A stretch of DNA of 64,000 bases, taken from an uncultured Planctomycetaceae bacterium. GTDB lineage: Bacteria > Planctomycetota > Planctomycetia > Pirellulales > UBA1268. Shown piece by piece: positions 36,136 through 45,876 of the stretch. Below the pieces are notes generated by a model that was not told the origin of the DNA, made no database searches, and was given only the letters and a program-made list of their open reading frames with translations. Both the position numbers and the translations under genes were made by a program. The stretch is taken from contig CAJXFK010000003.1 of assembly GCA_913052575.1 (NCBI GenBank), forward strand, positions 1,511 to 65,510, read 5' to 3'. How positions within the stretch are numbered: position 1 is the first letter of the stretch; each line of letters begins with the position of its first letter.

Positions 36136-37320
36136 ATGAAGATAATCACTCGATATGTGCTCTCGGAAATGCTCCAAGTTTTTCTTGTTGCATTGACGGC
36201 CCTAACACTCTTTATGCTTATTATTGGACTGACCAAGGAAGCTCAGCAGCAAGGGTTAGGACTGCTGCAGATAGTAGCACTCGTCCCTTATGTCTTACCT
36301 GATGCCATGCGATTTGCTGTCCCTGGAACAATGCTATTCGCAGTCGCAAGCGTTTTTGGACGTTTTTCTAACTCCAACGAAATCACTGCACTGAAGGCCG
36401 CAGGTATTACCCCGATGGCAACCATCTATCCGATTGCTATATTGGCTATTCTAATTAGTCTTGGCTGCGTTTGGCTTAATGATATCGCCGTATCATGGGG
36501 GCGTGAAGGTGTTCGGGGTGTTGTTGTTCGAAGCCTCGAAGAAATCATCTACAGCCGATTACAACAGCAGCGGTCCTATAGCACAGACAAGTTGGCAATT
36601 AATGTAAAAGGTGTTCAAGGTCGCCGGCTCATTCGGCCAACAATGTCATTCCAGCCGAGCGACTCAAGCCCCCCCGTTACGCTTTCAGCAATGGAGGCAG
36701 AACTGAAGACCAATGCCAAAAGCGGTACCATCACTGCTATCTGCACAAATGGAATCGTACGAGTTGGTGACGTTGAGGTTGCCTTCCCTGATACCATTGA
36801 ACGAGTCATTCCTCTAGACTCCATCGGCAAGAGCAACAATGCTTCGAAAAGTCCATCTCAGATAGCGATGGGTGATTTCGTTGAGGCAAAAGAGGATGCA
36901 ATAAAAGGCATCCATCAAGCAGAGCAACAGATTGCTGGTCGACTTGCTGAGGCATTCCTGACAGGCCATGCCGAACGCTCAACTCCGCAGCACTCCGCTG
37001 GAGAACAAGCACAAATTGATTACTTACATAGTCGCCTTAATCGTATTGCCATGGAGCCATGGAGACGTTGGGCGAATGGCTTCAGTTGTTTGGCTTTCGT
37101 ACTCGTAGGTGCTCCGATGGCCATTCGAATGCGAAATGCTGACTTTCTAACAAGTTTTTTCCTCTGCTTTTTGCCGATACTACTTATCTATTACCCTGTA
37201 GTCATGGCGGGCGTCTCTCAAGCGAAAGCCGGTGATTTACCGCCTATCGCAGTCTGGGGAGGAAATGTCTTAATTACTACCTGGGGATGCCTCCTTCTTC
37301 GCAGCGTTATCCGTCGCTGA
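36136..37320 (+). CDS. LptF/LptG-family (YjgP/YjgQ) permease
   Basis: MKIITRYVLSEMLQVFLVALTALTLFMLI is a typical N-terminus. About 390 aa with a large central periplasmic loop. ATG at 36136. Confidence 0.7.
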   Translation: MKIITRYVLSEMLQVFLVALTALTLFMLIIGLTKEAQQQGLGLLQIVALVPYVLPDAMRFAVPGTMLFAVASVFGRFSNSNEITALKAAGITPMATIYPIAILAILISLGCVWLNDIAVSWGREGVRGVVVRSLEEIIYSRLQQQRSYSTDKLAINVKGVQGRRLIRPTMSFQPSDSSPPVTLSAMEAELKTNAKSGTITAICTNGIVRVGDVEVAFPDTIERVIPLDSIGKSNNASKSPSQIAMGDFVEAKEDAIKGIHQAEQQIAGRLAEAFLTGHAERSTPQHSAGEQAQIDYLHSRLNRIAMEPWRRWANGFSCLAFVLVGAPMAIRMRNADFLTSFFLCFLPILLIYYPVVMAGVSQAKAGDLPPIAVWGGNVLITTWGCLLLRSVIRR

Positions 37321-37444
37321 AAACTGGCTGAATGAGTCTCGCATGGGTAGGTGGACTTTGTTTTGAAGCGTTTAAAAGTTTTTTCTGAACAATCGATACA
37401 TCTAATGGTTTTCAACTCACGGAAATTCTGCAAAAATTTGGAAA

Positions 37445-37496
37445 GGTGAAAAAGGAAACGCTTTTTCTACACCTCATCAAATACTTTCCTTTCACC
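37445..37496 (+). promoter_or_regulatory. Candidate 5'-UTR stem-loop upstream of the isomerase gene
   Basis: GGTGAAAAAGGAAA (37445-37458) pairs with TTTCCTTTCACC (37485-37496), leaving a 2-nt bulge. A competing small hairpin is GAAAAAG-gaaacg-CTTTTTC (37448-37467). Confidence 0.25.
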
Positions 37497-37516
37497 CTCT
37501 CAAGGAGTTCACCGAA

Positions 37517-38518
37517 ATGAGCCGCCCTGTCACATTATTCACTGGCCAATGGGCCGACATGCCACTGGAAAATCTCGCTCGAAAAGCCAGTGAGTTTGGA
37601 TACCAAGGACTTGAGCTGGCCTGTTGGGGAGATCATTTTGAAGTTGATAAAGCAATGGCTGATGAGGGCTACTGCTCAACCAAACGAGATCTTCTCGAAC
37701 AGCACGACCTGATGGTACATGCAATTTCTTGTCACCTTGTTGGCCAGGCGGTTTGTGACCGTGTGGATGAACGACATAAAACTATTCTCCCTCCGTACAT
37801 CTGGGGAGACGGTGACCCAGAGGGCGTCAGTCAGCGAGCTGCTGAAGAAGTGATGCAAACTGCCAGAGCTGCAAAGAAACTTGGCGTGTCTGTTGTGAAT
37901 GGATTTACTGGCTCGAGTATCTGGCATCTCTTATATTCATTTCCGCCGGTACCCGAATCGATGATTGATGCTGGCTTTAGGGATTTTGCAGACCGCTGGA
38001 ATCCAATTTTAGATACTTTCGCTGAGTCAGGTGTCCGTTTTGCGTTAGAAGTACACCCGACTGAAATCGCATTTGATATTATCACCGCTCAACGAGCGCT
38101 TGAGGCAGTCGATCATCGGGAAGAGTTTGGTTTTAACTTTGACCCAAGTCACCTGCACTGGCAAGGTGTCGATCCTGTGGAATTTATCCGGACATTCCCT
38201 GACCGCATTTATCATGTTCACATCAAGGACGCCGTTGTCCTGCTCAATGGCAAGGGAGGCATCCTCGGAAGCCACCTTAATTTTGGAGACCCACGTCGTG
38301 GCTGGGACTTTCGTTCCCCCGGCCGTGGAGGCGTCGACTTTGAAGAAATTATTCGGGCACTTAATGATATTGGCTATGGCGGCCCACTGTCTGTCGAGTG
38401 GGAAGATTGCGGCATGGATCGTGAACACGGTGCAACCGAAGCATGTGAATTCGTTCAAAACATTGATTTCGCTCCAAGTAATCGACAATTTGATGCAGCT
38501 TTTGACAAAGAAGATTAA
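37517..38518 (+). CDS. Sugar phosphate isomerase/epimerase (xylose isomerase-like TIM barrel)
   Basis: 333 aa. Contains [27 protein letters not shown] and HVHIKD. AAGGAG RBS upstream. Confidence 0.7.
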   Translation: MSRPVTLFTGQWADMPLENLARKASEFGYQGLELACWGDHFEVDKAMADEGYCSTKRDLLEQHDLMVHAISCHLVGQAVCDRVDERHKTILPPYIWGDGDPEGVSQRAAEEVMQTARAAKKLGVSVVNGFTGSSIWHLLYSFPPVPESMIDAGFRDFADRWNPILDTFAESGVRFALEVHPTEIAFDIITAQRALEAVDHREEFGFNFDPSHLHWQGVDPVEFIRTFPDRIYHVHIKDAVVLLNGKGGILGSHLNFGDPRRGWDFRSPGRGGVDFEEIIRALNDIGYGGPLSVEWEDCGMDREHGATEACEFVQNIDFAPSNRQFDAAFDKED

Positions 38519-38527
38519 CACCAACAC

Positions 38528-40019
38528 GATGAAGGCTGAGTGGCCGAGGGTCTTCTTTGTCTTTTGTCTCGCTACCGTCAGTTATTTTTGTGGCCAACAG
38601 AAGCTTCGTGCTGAGAACAAGAACGGGCCACCTGACGGGCATGGGGGCACGATACAAGCAGTAGATGCCGAATGGAAGAATTGCTGTCTAGAACTTGTGC
38701 AGAAGGCTACTGCTTCCGGCGACAAAAAGCTGGCACGATTGATTCGTGATTGGCCATTGCCAGACGAAGTTACTGAAGTCGACGCGCAGGTTATTGCTTC
38801 GATCAATCAAAATACTAACGGTCCCGATTGGCTAGAGGAATCGAGCAGATCTTTGTGGTCAGCATTCATGATTCTTCGGCAGCAGCGAGCTCATTATTTT
38901 TTTGAAACAGCCAAGGCTGAAATCAAAAAACAGCGGGAAATTTCTAACCGCAATCGTTTTCAATCGAGTAATGAAGCTATTCGCCTACTCGTCCGTGTTG
39001 TTCGGGAAGCCCCTGACCATACATTTGGCAGGCGAGCCTTAGGATATGTCCGGCATGAAGACCAATGGGTCTGGCCAAATGCCGCACGTCAACTTAGACA
39101 ACAAAAAGAGTATTCTCGAAAAAATGGCTGGACAAGAAATGGAAAAAGCACCATTGCATCATCTTCTCCGAGTAAACTTCTGTTGCCCAAAATAGTTAGT
39201 CCACAAGCTACTAACACAACCAAACTTTTTGTTTCTGACCACTGGAACATCCAGTCGACGGCCGGAACAGTTCAGACTGGCGACCTTGCAGAGCGTCTCG
39301 AATTGACCCGCTTCATATGGCGGCAAGTTTTTGGCGGGTTTGTAATGACACCAGCAGAACTGAATTCCAGAATCAATGGTCAAGCTAGACCTCGCCCAAC
39401 GGGTTCATTTAAAGCGATATTACTCGCTCATCGTGAGCAATACATCAATAGCTTGCGATCATTGGAACCAAACGTTGAAAAAAGTCTTGGAATGTATTGG
39501 ACACCCACACAAACAGCATGGTTTTTCGACAATCAAGACTCTGACAGACAGACCGTGGAACACGAAGCAACCCATCAGCTTTTTGCAGAATGTTGGCCAA
39601 CAAATCCGGTTGCTGGCAGTCATCATGGCATCTGGGCAATGGAAGCTGCTGCCTGCTATATGGAAAGCATTGTAAAAACTGAATTCGGATTCATTGTTGG
39701 GGGACGCGATCGTGGACGTGTTCCTGCAGCGAAAGAAAGACTTCTCGATGATAGTTTTTTTCTGCCACTCCGAAAACTTTCAAAACTTAGCCGGATAGCA
39801 ATGCAGAACGACCCAGACTTACCGAAAATCTATAGTCAACTGTCCGGTCTTGCTGATTTCTTTATGAATGGTGAACGAGGCCGCTATCGGGATGCATTTG
39901 TTGAGTATCTTGTTCAGCTCTACCGCGGAACTGCAGAGTATGAAACACTCTGGAAACTCTGTGAAAAAAGCCCAGAAGAACTTGACGACGCATATAAACG
40001 GCATCTGTCGTCACAGTAA
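38528..40019 (+). CDS. Secreted hypothetical protein with an HExxH motif (DUF1570-like putative metallopeptidase)
   Basis: The ATG at 38528 gives the signal-like N-terminus MKAEWPRVFFVFCLATVSYFCG. HEATH is encoded at 39561-39575. The ORF is open from 38073, but that extension overlaps the isomerase gene. Confidence 0.5.
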
Positions 40020-40132
40020 ACATTATCGCTTATATTATTCGAGTTCGATCGGGTATTTCGGACTGATGTTTACCCTCGTACTTAATTCAGTAAGTCATAG
40101 CCCTTTAACTTCTAACGTTTGAAAGCCTCTTC

Positions 40133-42199
40133 ATGCCTAGCTCAGACACGCAAACCCTCACCGACATTGATCAACTTACAATTGACACGATTCGTACACT
40201 GTCGATGGATGCCGTTGAGGCTGCAAAAAGTGGGCACCCGGGAACTCCAATGGCACTGGCTCCGGTTGCGTACACGATTTGGAAAGATTTTCTCCGTTAT
40301 AACCCAGCCGATTCGAGCTGGCCGAACCGCGACCGATTTGTTCTCTCATGCGGCCATGCTTCCATGCTGCTTTACAGCCTGATTCATCTTGCTGGAATCA
40401 AGCAAGGACAACCGAATTCTGAAACCAACAGATTTCCAGCAGTAAACCTCGATGATATTAAAAAGTTTCGCCAGCTTGATAGTGTTTGTGCCGGACACCC
40501 CGAACACCACCTTGCTGTAGGTGTGGAAACAACCACAGGACCACTTGGCCAAGGATGTGCAAATTCAGTAGGCATGGCTGTTGCTTCTCGTTGGCTTGGT
40601 GCAAAATACAATCGTCCCAATAACACACTTTTTGACTTTGATACGTATGTGATTTGTAGCGATGGTGACTTAATGGAGGGGGTTTCCAGTGAAGCCGCAT
40701 CGCTTGCCGGCCATCTCGAACTGTCAAATCTCTGCTGGGTTTATGATGACAACAAGATAACTATTGAAGGCGAGACCGATCTTGCGTTCAGTGAAAATGT
40801 CGGGCGTCGTTTTGAAGGGTTCGGTTGGCGAATCGAGTATGTGGAAGATGCAAATGATACATCTTCACTGATTCAGGCTCTGCAGTCTTTCAAAGAAGAA
40901 GAAAAAAAGCCTACCCTCATAGTTGTAAAGAGTATTATCGGGTTTGGTGCTCCTTCTAAAGCCGGCTCTCATTCATCGCACGGAGCTCCACTCGGCCAGG
41001 AAGAAATACAGGGCGCTAAAAAGGCCTACGGCTGGCCCACAGATGAAGCGTTTCACGTACCAAGTGGAGTTGCCGAGCATTTCCAAAATGTGATAAGTGA
41101 ACGAGGAGAGAAGGCCGCTGCTTTATGGAGAGAGTCTTATCAATCATTAGTATCTGCGGAGCCAGACGCTGCAAAAGAAATCGAATGCATGCTATCTGGA
41201 GAGCTACCAAAAGGATGGGAAGATGCGATCCCCGAATTCCCAACTGATACAAAGGGCCTTGCCAGCCGTGTTTCGTCCGGAAAAGTCCTTCAATCTCTTA
41301 GTGGTTCCATTCCATGGTTTTTAGGGGGCTCAGCTGATCTAGCGCCATCGACGATGACTCTTATTCCTGATGCTGGTGACTTCGGGCCCCAAAACCTTCA
41401 AGGGCGGAACTTCCACTTTGGCATCCGAGAACACGCCATGGCTGCTGCTTGCAACGGCATGGCTTTATGTGGTCTAAGACCTTATGCCGCAACATTCTTT
41501 GTATTCTTTGATTACCTCAAACCATCACTCCGACTGTCCGCCCTAGGGGAACTTGGAGTCATCTACGTACTGACACACGATTCAATCGGGTTAGGTGAGG
41601 ACGGACCGACTCATCAGCCGATTGAGCACCTTGCCAGTGCACGTGCAGTCCCTGGATTAAATGTCTTTCGTCCAGCTGATGCAAACGAGGTTGCGGAGGC
41701 CTACAAGAGTTCATTAAAGAATTCTAAGCGGCCTGCAGTTATGGTGCTGTCGAGACAAAACCTACCAACACTCGACCGGAACAACCTTGGTTCAGCGAAT
41801 GGCGTAGCCAAGGGAGGCTATATCTTAAAAGAGGCAACGAACGGAAAACCTGAGTGCATTCTCATTGGAACAGGCAGTGAAATTCCACTATGCCTTGACG
41901 CAGCTCAAACACTCGAATCTCATGACATACAAACTCGAGTTGTGAGCCTTCCATGCTGGGAACTCTTTGATGAGCAGGACAGTGACTACCGGGAGCACGT
42001 CCTACCTTCTAAAGTATCTGCACGGGTTGCATGTGAAGCTGCCTCAGGATTCGGTTGGGAAAAGTGGCTCGGTAACACCGGGAAATTTATTGGCATGAAT
42101 GGCTTTGGTGCTTCGGGTCCTGCGAAACAATTATTTCAACACTTTGGCATCACGACTGAAGCCATTGTTACCGCAGCACGTGACCTTACTGGCAAATAA
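40133..42199 (+). CDS. tkt: Transketolase
   Basis: 688 aa. Contains IRTLSMDAVEAAKSGHPGTPMALAP, SCGHASMLLYS, GPLGQG, CSDGDLMEGV, HDSIGLGEDGPTHQP. Confidence 0.97.
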   Translation: MPSSDTQTLTDIDQLTIDTIRTLSMDAVEAAKSGHPGTPMALAPVAYTIWKDFLRYNPADSSWPNRDRFVLSCGHASMLLYSLIHLAGIKQGQPNSETNRFPAVNLDDIKKFRQLDSVCAGHPEHHLAVGVETTTGPLGQGCANSVGMAVASRWLGAKYNRPNNTLFDFDTYVICSDGDLMEGVSSEAASLAGHLELSNLCWVYDDNKITIEGETDLAFSENVGRRFEGFGWRIEYVEDANDTSSLIQALQSFKEEEKKPTLIVVKSIIGFGAPSKAGSHSSHGAPLGQEEIQGAKKAYGWPTDEAFHVPSGVAEHFQNVISERGEKAAALWRESYQSLVSAEPDAAKEIECMLSGELPKGWEDAIPEFPTDTKGLASRVSSGKVLQSLSGSIPWFLGGSADLAPSTMTLIPDAGDFGPQNLQGRNFHFGIREHAMAAACNGMALCGLRPYAATFFVFFDYLKPSLRLSALGELGVIYVLTHDSIGLGEDGPTHQPIEHLASARAVPGLNVFRPADANEVAEAYKSSLKNSKRPAVMVLSRQNLPTLDRNNLGSANGVAKGGYILKEATNGKPECILIGTGSEIPLCLDAAQTLESHDIQTRVVSLPCWELFDEQDSDYREHVLPSKVSARVACEAASGFGWEKWLGNTGKFIGMNGFGASGPAKQLFQHFGITTEAIVTAARDLTGK

Positions 42200-42272
42200 A
42201 GCGGTTTACCCAGCCAAGCTAGGTGTACAGGAAAAGTTTTCACAAAGCCTCGATAAAATGAATCCACTCACT

Positions 42273-43259
42273 CTAGGGCTGATGATGTGAATCACCAATT
42301 ACTGCGTCTTCTATGTCTTTTCCAGCAGCAATTTTTCCATCATTGTTCAAATAGAGATGGTCGTCTCTGTGTAATTGATCGAGCGTCGAACTTGTAACCC
42401 AGATTCTTTCAACACGGCCATCTTCGTACACGATATGGTGTGCTCCATCAGGATGATTACTGCTTTGCTCACCACTTGCATCTGGAGCATCTGCCATAAT
42501 TGGATGATGGCTCCGATGCTGATTTCGATTGGGTTTTAAATGGCCAGACTCATCACGATAGCCAAGTGTATACCCATAATCACCTCCCATGATCCCAATG
42601 AGTTTTTCAAATTCCTCAGTACCAACTGCGGCCTCAAGTTCCTCTCTTGATGGCACCTGAAATTTTTTATCATTGAGCGGTGAACCTGGGTATACAAGCA
42701 AACCATCATCTGGTCGAATCCTATGCTCCGACACCAGTGTTGGAGCGTACAAGCCTGCGCGTGACAGTGGGCCGGCGTCAGGTGGAGTCGGGAACATATT
42801 GTGTGCGTCAGCATATCCCTGAAGAGCTACTGCTACCTTCTGCAGATTCTGCTGAGCTCTTGTAGCTCTTGCATCCTCCAAAGCTTCCATTAGGAGCGGG
42901 GCAAGCAGTACTACCGCCGCAATCGATGCAGCTGCAAGAATCACACGGTCAAGCCAGATTCGTGGCTGAATGATTGAACCTGAATCTGATACTGGCGAAA
43001 GGGTTGGTCCTTTAGTCGCTGAAGATGGAGTTCGAGTTGGAGAGGCTTGGTTCACTGCTGCAATCGTTCTTGCCACTAAACCGGCAGGCGGCTCAATGAA
43101 ACCCTCATCACGTTCCAATGGCTGAATAGCACGCTGGAGAGCTGCAAGTTCTTTTTCAATTTCACCCGAAGTAGTAGGGTTTTGAAGAGCGTGATCAATC
43201 TCTGAACGCTCTTTTTCATCTAAACTGTCGAATAAATATCCGACTAAATCCGGACGCAT
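42273..43259 (-). CDS. Putative anti-sigma factor with one TM helix and a DUF1559 (H-X9-DG)-like extracytoplasmic domain
   Basis: Lies immediately downstream of the ECF sigma gene. Strong AAGGAGG RBS. TM helix VILAAASIAAVVLLAPLL, followed by EDARATRAQQNLQKVAVALQGYADAHNMFP and a C-terminal NHPDGAHHIVYEDGRVERI. Confidence 0.5.
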   Translation of the reverse strand: MRPDLVGYLFDSLDEKERSEIDHALQNPTTSGEIEKELAALQRAIQPLERDEGFIEPPAGLVARTIAAVNQASPTRTPSSATKGPTLSPVSDSGSIIQPRIWLDRVILAAASIAAVVLLAPLLMEALEDARATRAQQNLQKVAVALQGYADAHNMFPTPPDAGPLSRAGLYAPTLVSEHRIRPDDGLLVYPGSPLNDKKFQVPSREELEAAVGTEEFEKLIGIMGGDYGYTLGYRDESGHLKPNRNQHRSHHPIMADAPDASGEQSSNHPDGAHHIVYEDGRVERIWVTSSTLDQLHRDDHLYLNNDGKIAAGKDIEDAVIGDSHHQP

Positions 43260-43338
43260 ATCACCCTTCCCTCCTTTGACGACAAGCAGCCTAATGCCTT
43301 TGCATGCTTGACTCGGTGATGACTGGCAACTTGTTCCT

Positions 43339-44040
43339 TCATGCCTTTAGCTCCGATTGGTCGCTGGTCGTCCATGCACTATTAAGTTTTGCTAACGCAG
43401 CGTGCAAACGACTCTTGACCGTTCCCACCGGAATCCCCAGAACGTCAGCTGCTTCCCGATACTTCAACCCCTGGTGATATACTAAGATTAATGCTGCACG
43501 CAATGTCTCAGGCAAACCATCAACAGCGCCTCGCACCCATTCTCGAGCCTCTTCATCTTCCAAATTTTCTACCGCTGTTGGCCCAGTAGATGAGACAACT
43601 GACATGAGGTCTCCCTCATCGTCATTGCCTGCTCGTTGATCTAAACTCACCATACGATGTCGCCTATTCCGTCTTTGAGCATCGATTGCCTGATTGGTTG
43701 CAATCGTGTAAAGCCACGGACGAAAACGTCTCCCTGCCTCAAACCGATCTCGTTTAACGTAGACCTGAAGAAAGGTTGCTTGAAAAACATCTTCTGCCAT
43801 TTCAGCATTTCCAACATACCGCCGCAAATAGCTAAATAACTCTCTCTCGTACCGAGCAACCAACGCTTCGTATGCACTCGTACTTTCAGAGTCACAAAAA
43901 TTTTGGAAAAGTTCTTCATCTGACGACTCTTCTGCAAGCGGGCGCAGGGGACGTGGAGCACTATCAGCTTTTCCTGTATTTAAAGAACTCCCCCCAACAA
44001 TGGGGTCAGTTCTCTTAGATGAAGGCTGATCGATGTCCAT
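43339..44040 (-). CDS. ECF-type RNA polymerase sigma-70 family factor
   Basis: Region 2 reads DVFQATFLQVY......F...RRFRPWLYTIATNQAIDAQRR. Region 4 reads YREAADVLGIPVGTVKSRLHAALAKL. Confidence 0.9.
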   Translation of the reverse strand: MDIDQPSSKRTDPIVGGSSLNTGKADSAPRPLRPLAEESSDEELFQNFCDSESTSAYEALVARYERELFSYLRRYVGNAEMAEDVFQATFLQVYVKRDRFEAGRRFRPWLYTIATNQAIDAQRRNRRHRMVSLDQRAGNDDEGDLMSVVSSTGPTAVENLEDEEAREWVRGAVDGLPETLRAALILVYHQGLKYREAADVLGIPVGTVKSRLHAALAKLNSAWTTSDQSELKA

Positions 44041-44274
44041 GATGTACTACGCAGAAGGTCGTCTTGTGGTTCGGTGCCCAGAACCGCTTTTTCTTTTACT
44101 TTTAAAAAGCAACTCGTCGTTTCGTCACCCTTTTAAAGGTAAGTGAAAAACACAGCATCTCGTTTTTCCTTAGAAACAGAGTATAGTCCGTACCGTTACA
44201 GCCTGCGACCATCAGGTCAAACAGATGTCTCGACATATCCCAAAGCCCCAGAAAACAAGATATCAAGAGCCTCC

Positions 44275-45876
44275 ATGCCACCACCTTTTCGATATCGCTG
44301 GGCAACACGTGGTGACTTAAATGCTTTTTTTGGCCTATCGCTAGATAATTTAGCTGATTTGACACTCGCTGTGTCACTGCTGGTAGCCGTCTTCAACTAT
44401 CCACTGGAATTCGCATTATCACATTTTGTTCCCGGGACGGCTCTTGGAGTTATCGTTGGGGATGTACTCTTCACAGCCATGGCCTTTCGTCTCGCAAAGC
44501 AGACTCGTGGTAATAATGTCACGGCGATGCCCTTAGGGCTTGATACCCCAAGCACTTTTGGAATGGTCTTTTTTGTCATTGGTCCAGCTTATCTAGAAGC
44601 AACTGGTAATGGCCTCTCGAACTCAGACGCTGCACGTCAGGCGTGGCATATTGGTATGTGCTGTATTGTGGCAAGCGGTATCTTCAAACTTTGCTGTGCA
44701 CCTATTGCATCAAAAATCCGTCGCCGGATCCCCCGCGCTGCCTTGCTTGGTAGCCTTGCTGCCATCGCGCTTGCACTCATTAGCTTCCTACCTTTTGTTG
44801 AGTTGCTTTCACAACCAATCATTGGCCTTGTCTCGCTTGGTATCATATTAGCGAGCCTCACAGCTAAGATTTCCTTACCTTACCGTATCCCTGGTGCTCT
44901 TGCTGCTCTTCTCGTTGGTGGAGCGATTGCCGCCACAGGATTTTCACTGGGATGGTTACCATCCAGTGAGACTCATACAAGTTTTGCTCCTCTCTCAGCA
45001 CTTTGGCCAACTGGCTGGTTTGATGTCTTTCAATTCCGCTGGGTATCAGCGTGGCCACTCACGGTGAAATATCTGCCCATTGTCATTCCTTTTGCTCTCG
45101 GCACTGTTATTGGTGGCATTGACTGTACGGAAAGCGCAGCGGCAGCAGGGGATGAATATGACACCCGAGGTGTTATTGCGATTGAAGGACTTGCGACACT
45201 GGTTGCAGGGATCTGCGGGGGTGTCATCCAGTCGACACCATACATTGGTCACCCCGCATATAAAGCAATGGGAGGTCGCGCAGCCTACACACTGGCAACT
45301 GCTGTTTTCATTGGTGTTGCTGGCCTCACAGGCTCATTCGCGTTGCTCTACGAACTCATTCCAGCGCCAGCTATTCTGCCGATCTTAATTTTTATCGGAC
45401 TTGAGATTTCTGCTCAAAGTTTCGGAGCTACTCCAAAACATCACTATCCGGCAGTTGCTATTGCATGCATACCAGCACTTGCCGCTCTTGTTGTAATTCA
45501 AACCGACAAACTCCTTGCAGCAGGTGCTACTCCTGGCAATCAATTGGCAAGTGAACTGTATAGCCTCAGAATTCTTGCATCAGGATTTATTATTACAAGT
45601 CTTTTATGGGCGGGCATGACCGCAGCGCTCATTGACCGCACACTCATTAAAGCATCCGGTTGGTGCATCGCTGCAGCAACATTCACTCTCTTCGGCATCA
45701 TCCATTCTCCTTTTCAGGATGGACGAATGTTTTTCCCATGGGCCATTGGCGAGCTACCTATTGAGTCACGTGGCCGCAGTCCAACCGAACTGACAATTGC
45801 CTATGTTCTTTTGGCACTTATATTTTTCGGCTGGGGTCTGTGGTACCGCGAACAACAGAATCACTCGAGCCCGTAA
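44275..45876 (+). CDS. Polytopic permease, NCS2/AzgA-like (xanthine/uracil/vitamin C permease superfamily)
   Basis: About 533 aa with at least 10 hydrophobic segments. N-terminal FRYRWATRGDLNAFFGLSLDNLA. ATG at 44275; the ORF is open from 44143. Confidence 0.45.
   Translation: MPPPFRYRWATRGDLNAFFGLSLDNLADLTLAVSLLVAVFNYPLEFALSHFVPGTALGVIVGDVLFTAMAFRLAKQTRGNNVTAMPLGLDTPSTFGMVFFVIGPAYLEATGNGLSNSDAARQAWHIGMCCIVASGIFKLCCAPIASKIRRRIPRAALLGSLAAIALALISFLPFVELLSQPIIGLVSLGIILASLTAKISLPYRIPGALAALLVGGAIAATGFSLGWLPSSETHTSFAPLSALWPTGWFDVFQFRWVSAWPLTVKYLPIVIPFALGTVIGGIDCTESAAAAGDEYDTRGVIAIEGLATLVAGICGGVIQSTPYIGHPAYKAMGGRAAYTLATAVFIGVAGLTGSFALLYELIPAPAILPILIFIGLEISAQSFGATPKHHYPAVAIACIPALAALVVIQTDKLLAAGATPGNQLASELYSLRILASGFIITSLLWAGMTAALIDRTLIKASGWCIAAATFTLFGIIHSPFQDGRMFFPWAIGELPIESRGRSPTELTIAYVLLALIFFGWGLWYREQQNHSSP

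Noticed and set aside
38073-38527. A 150-aa N-terminal extension of the HExxH-protein ORF that overlaps the sugar isomerase gene. An antisense 160-aa ORF lies at 38045-38527.
   Set aside because: The extension is out of frame with a confidently identified isomerase CDS. The ATG at 38528 gives a clean signal-peptide-like N-terminus right after the isomerase stop.
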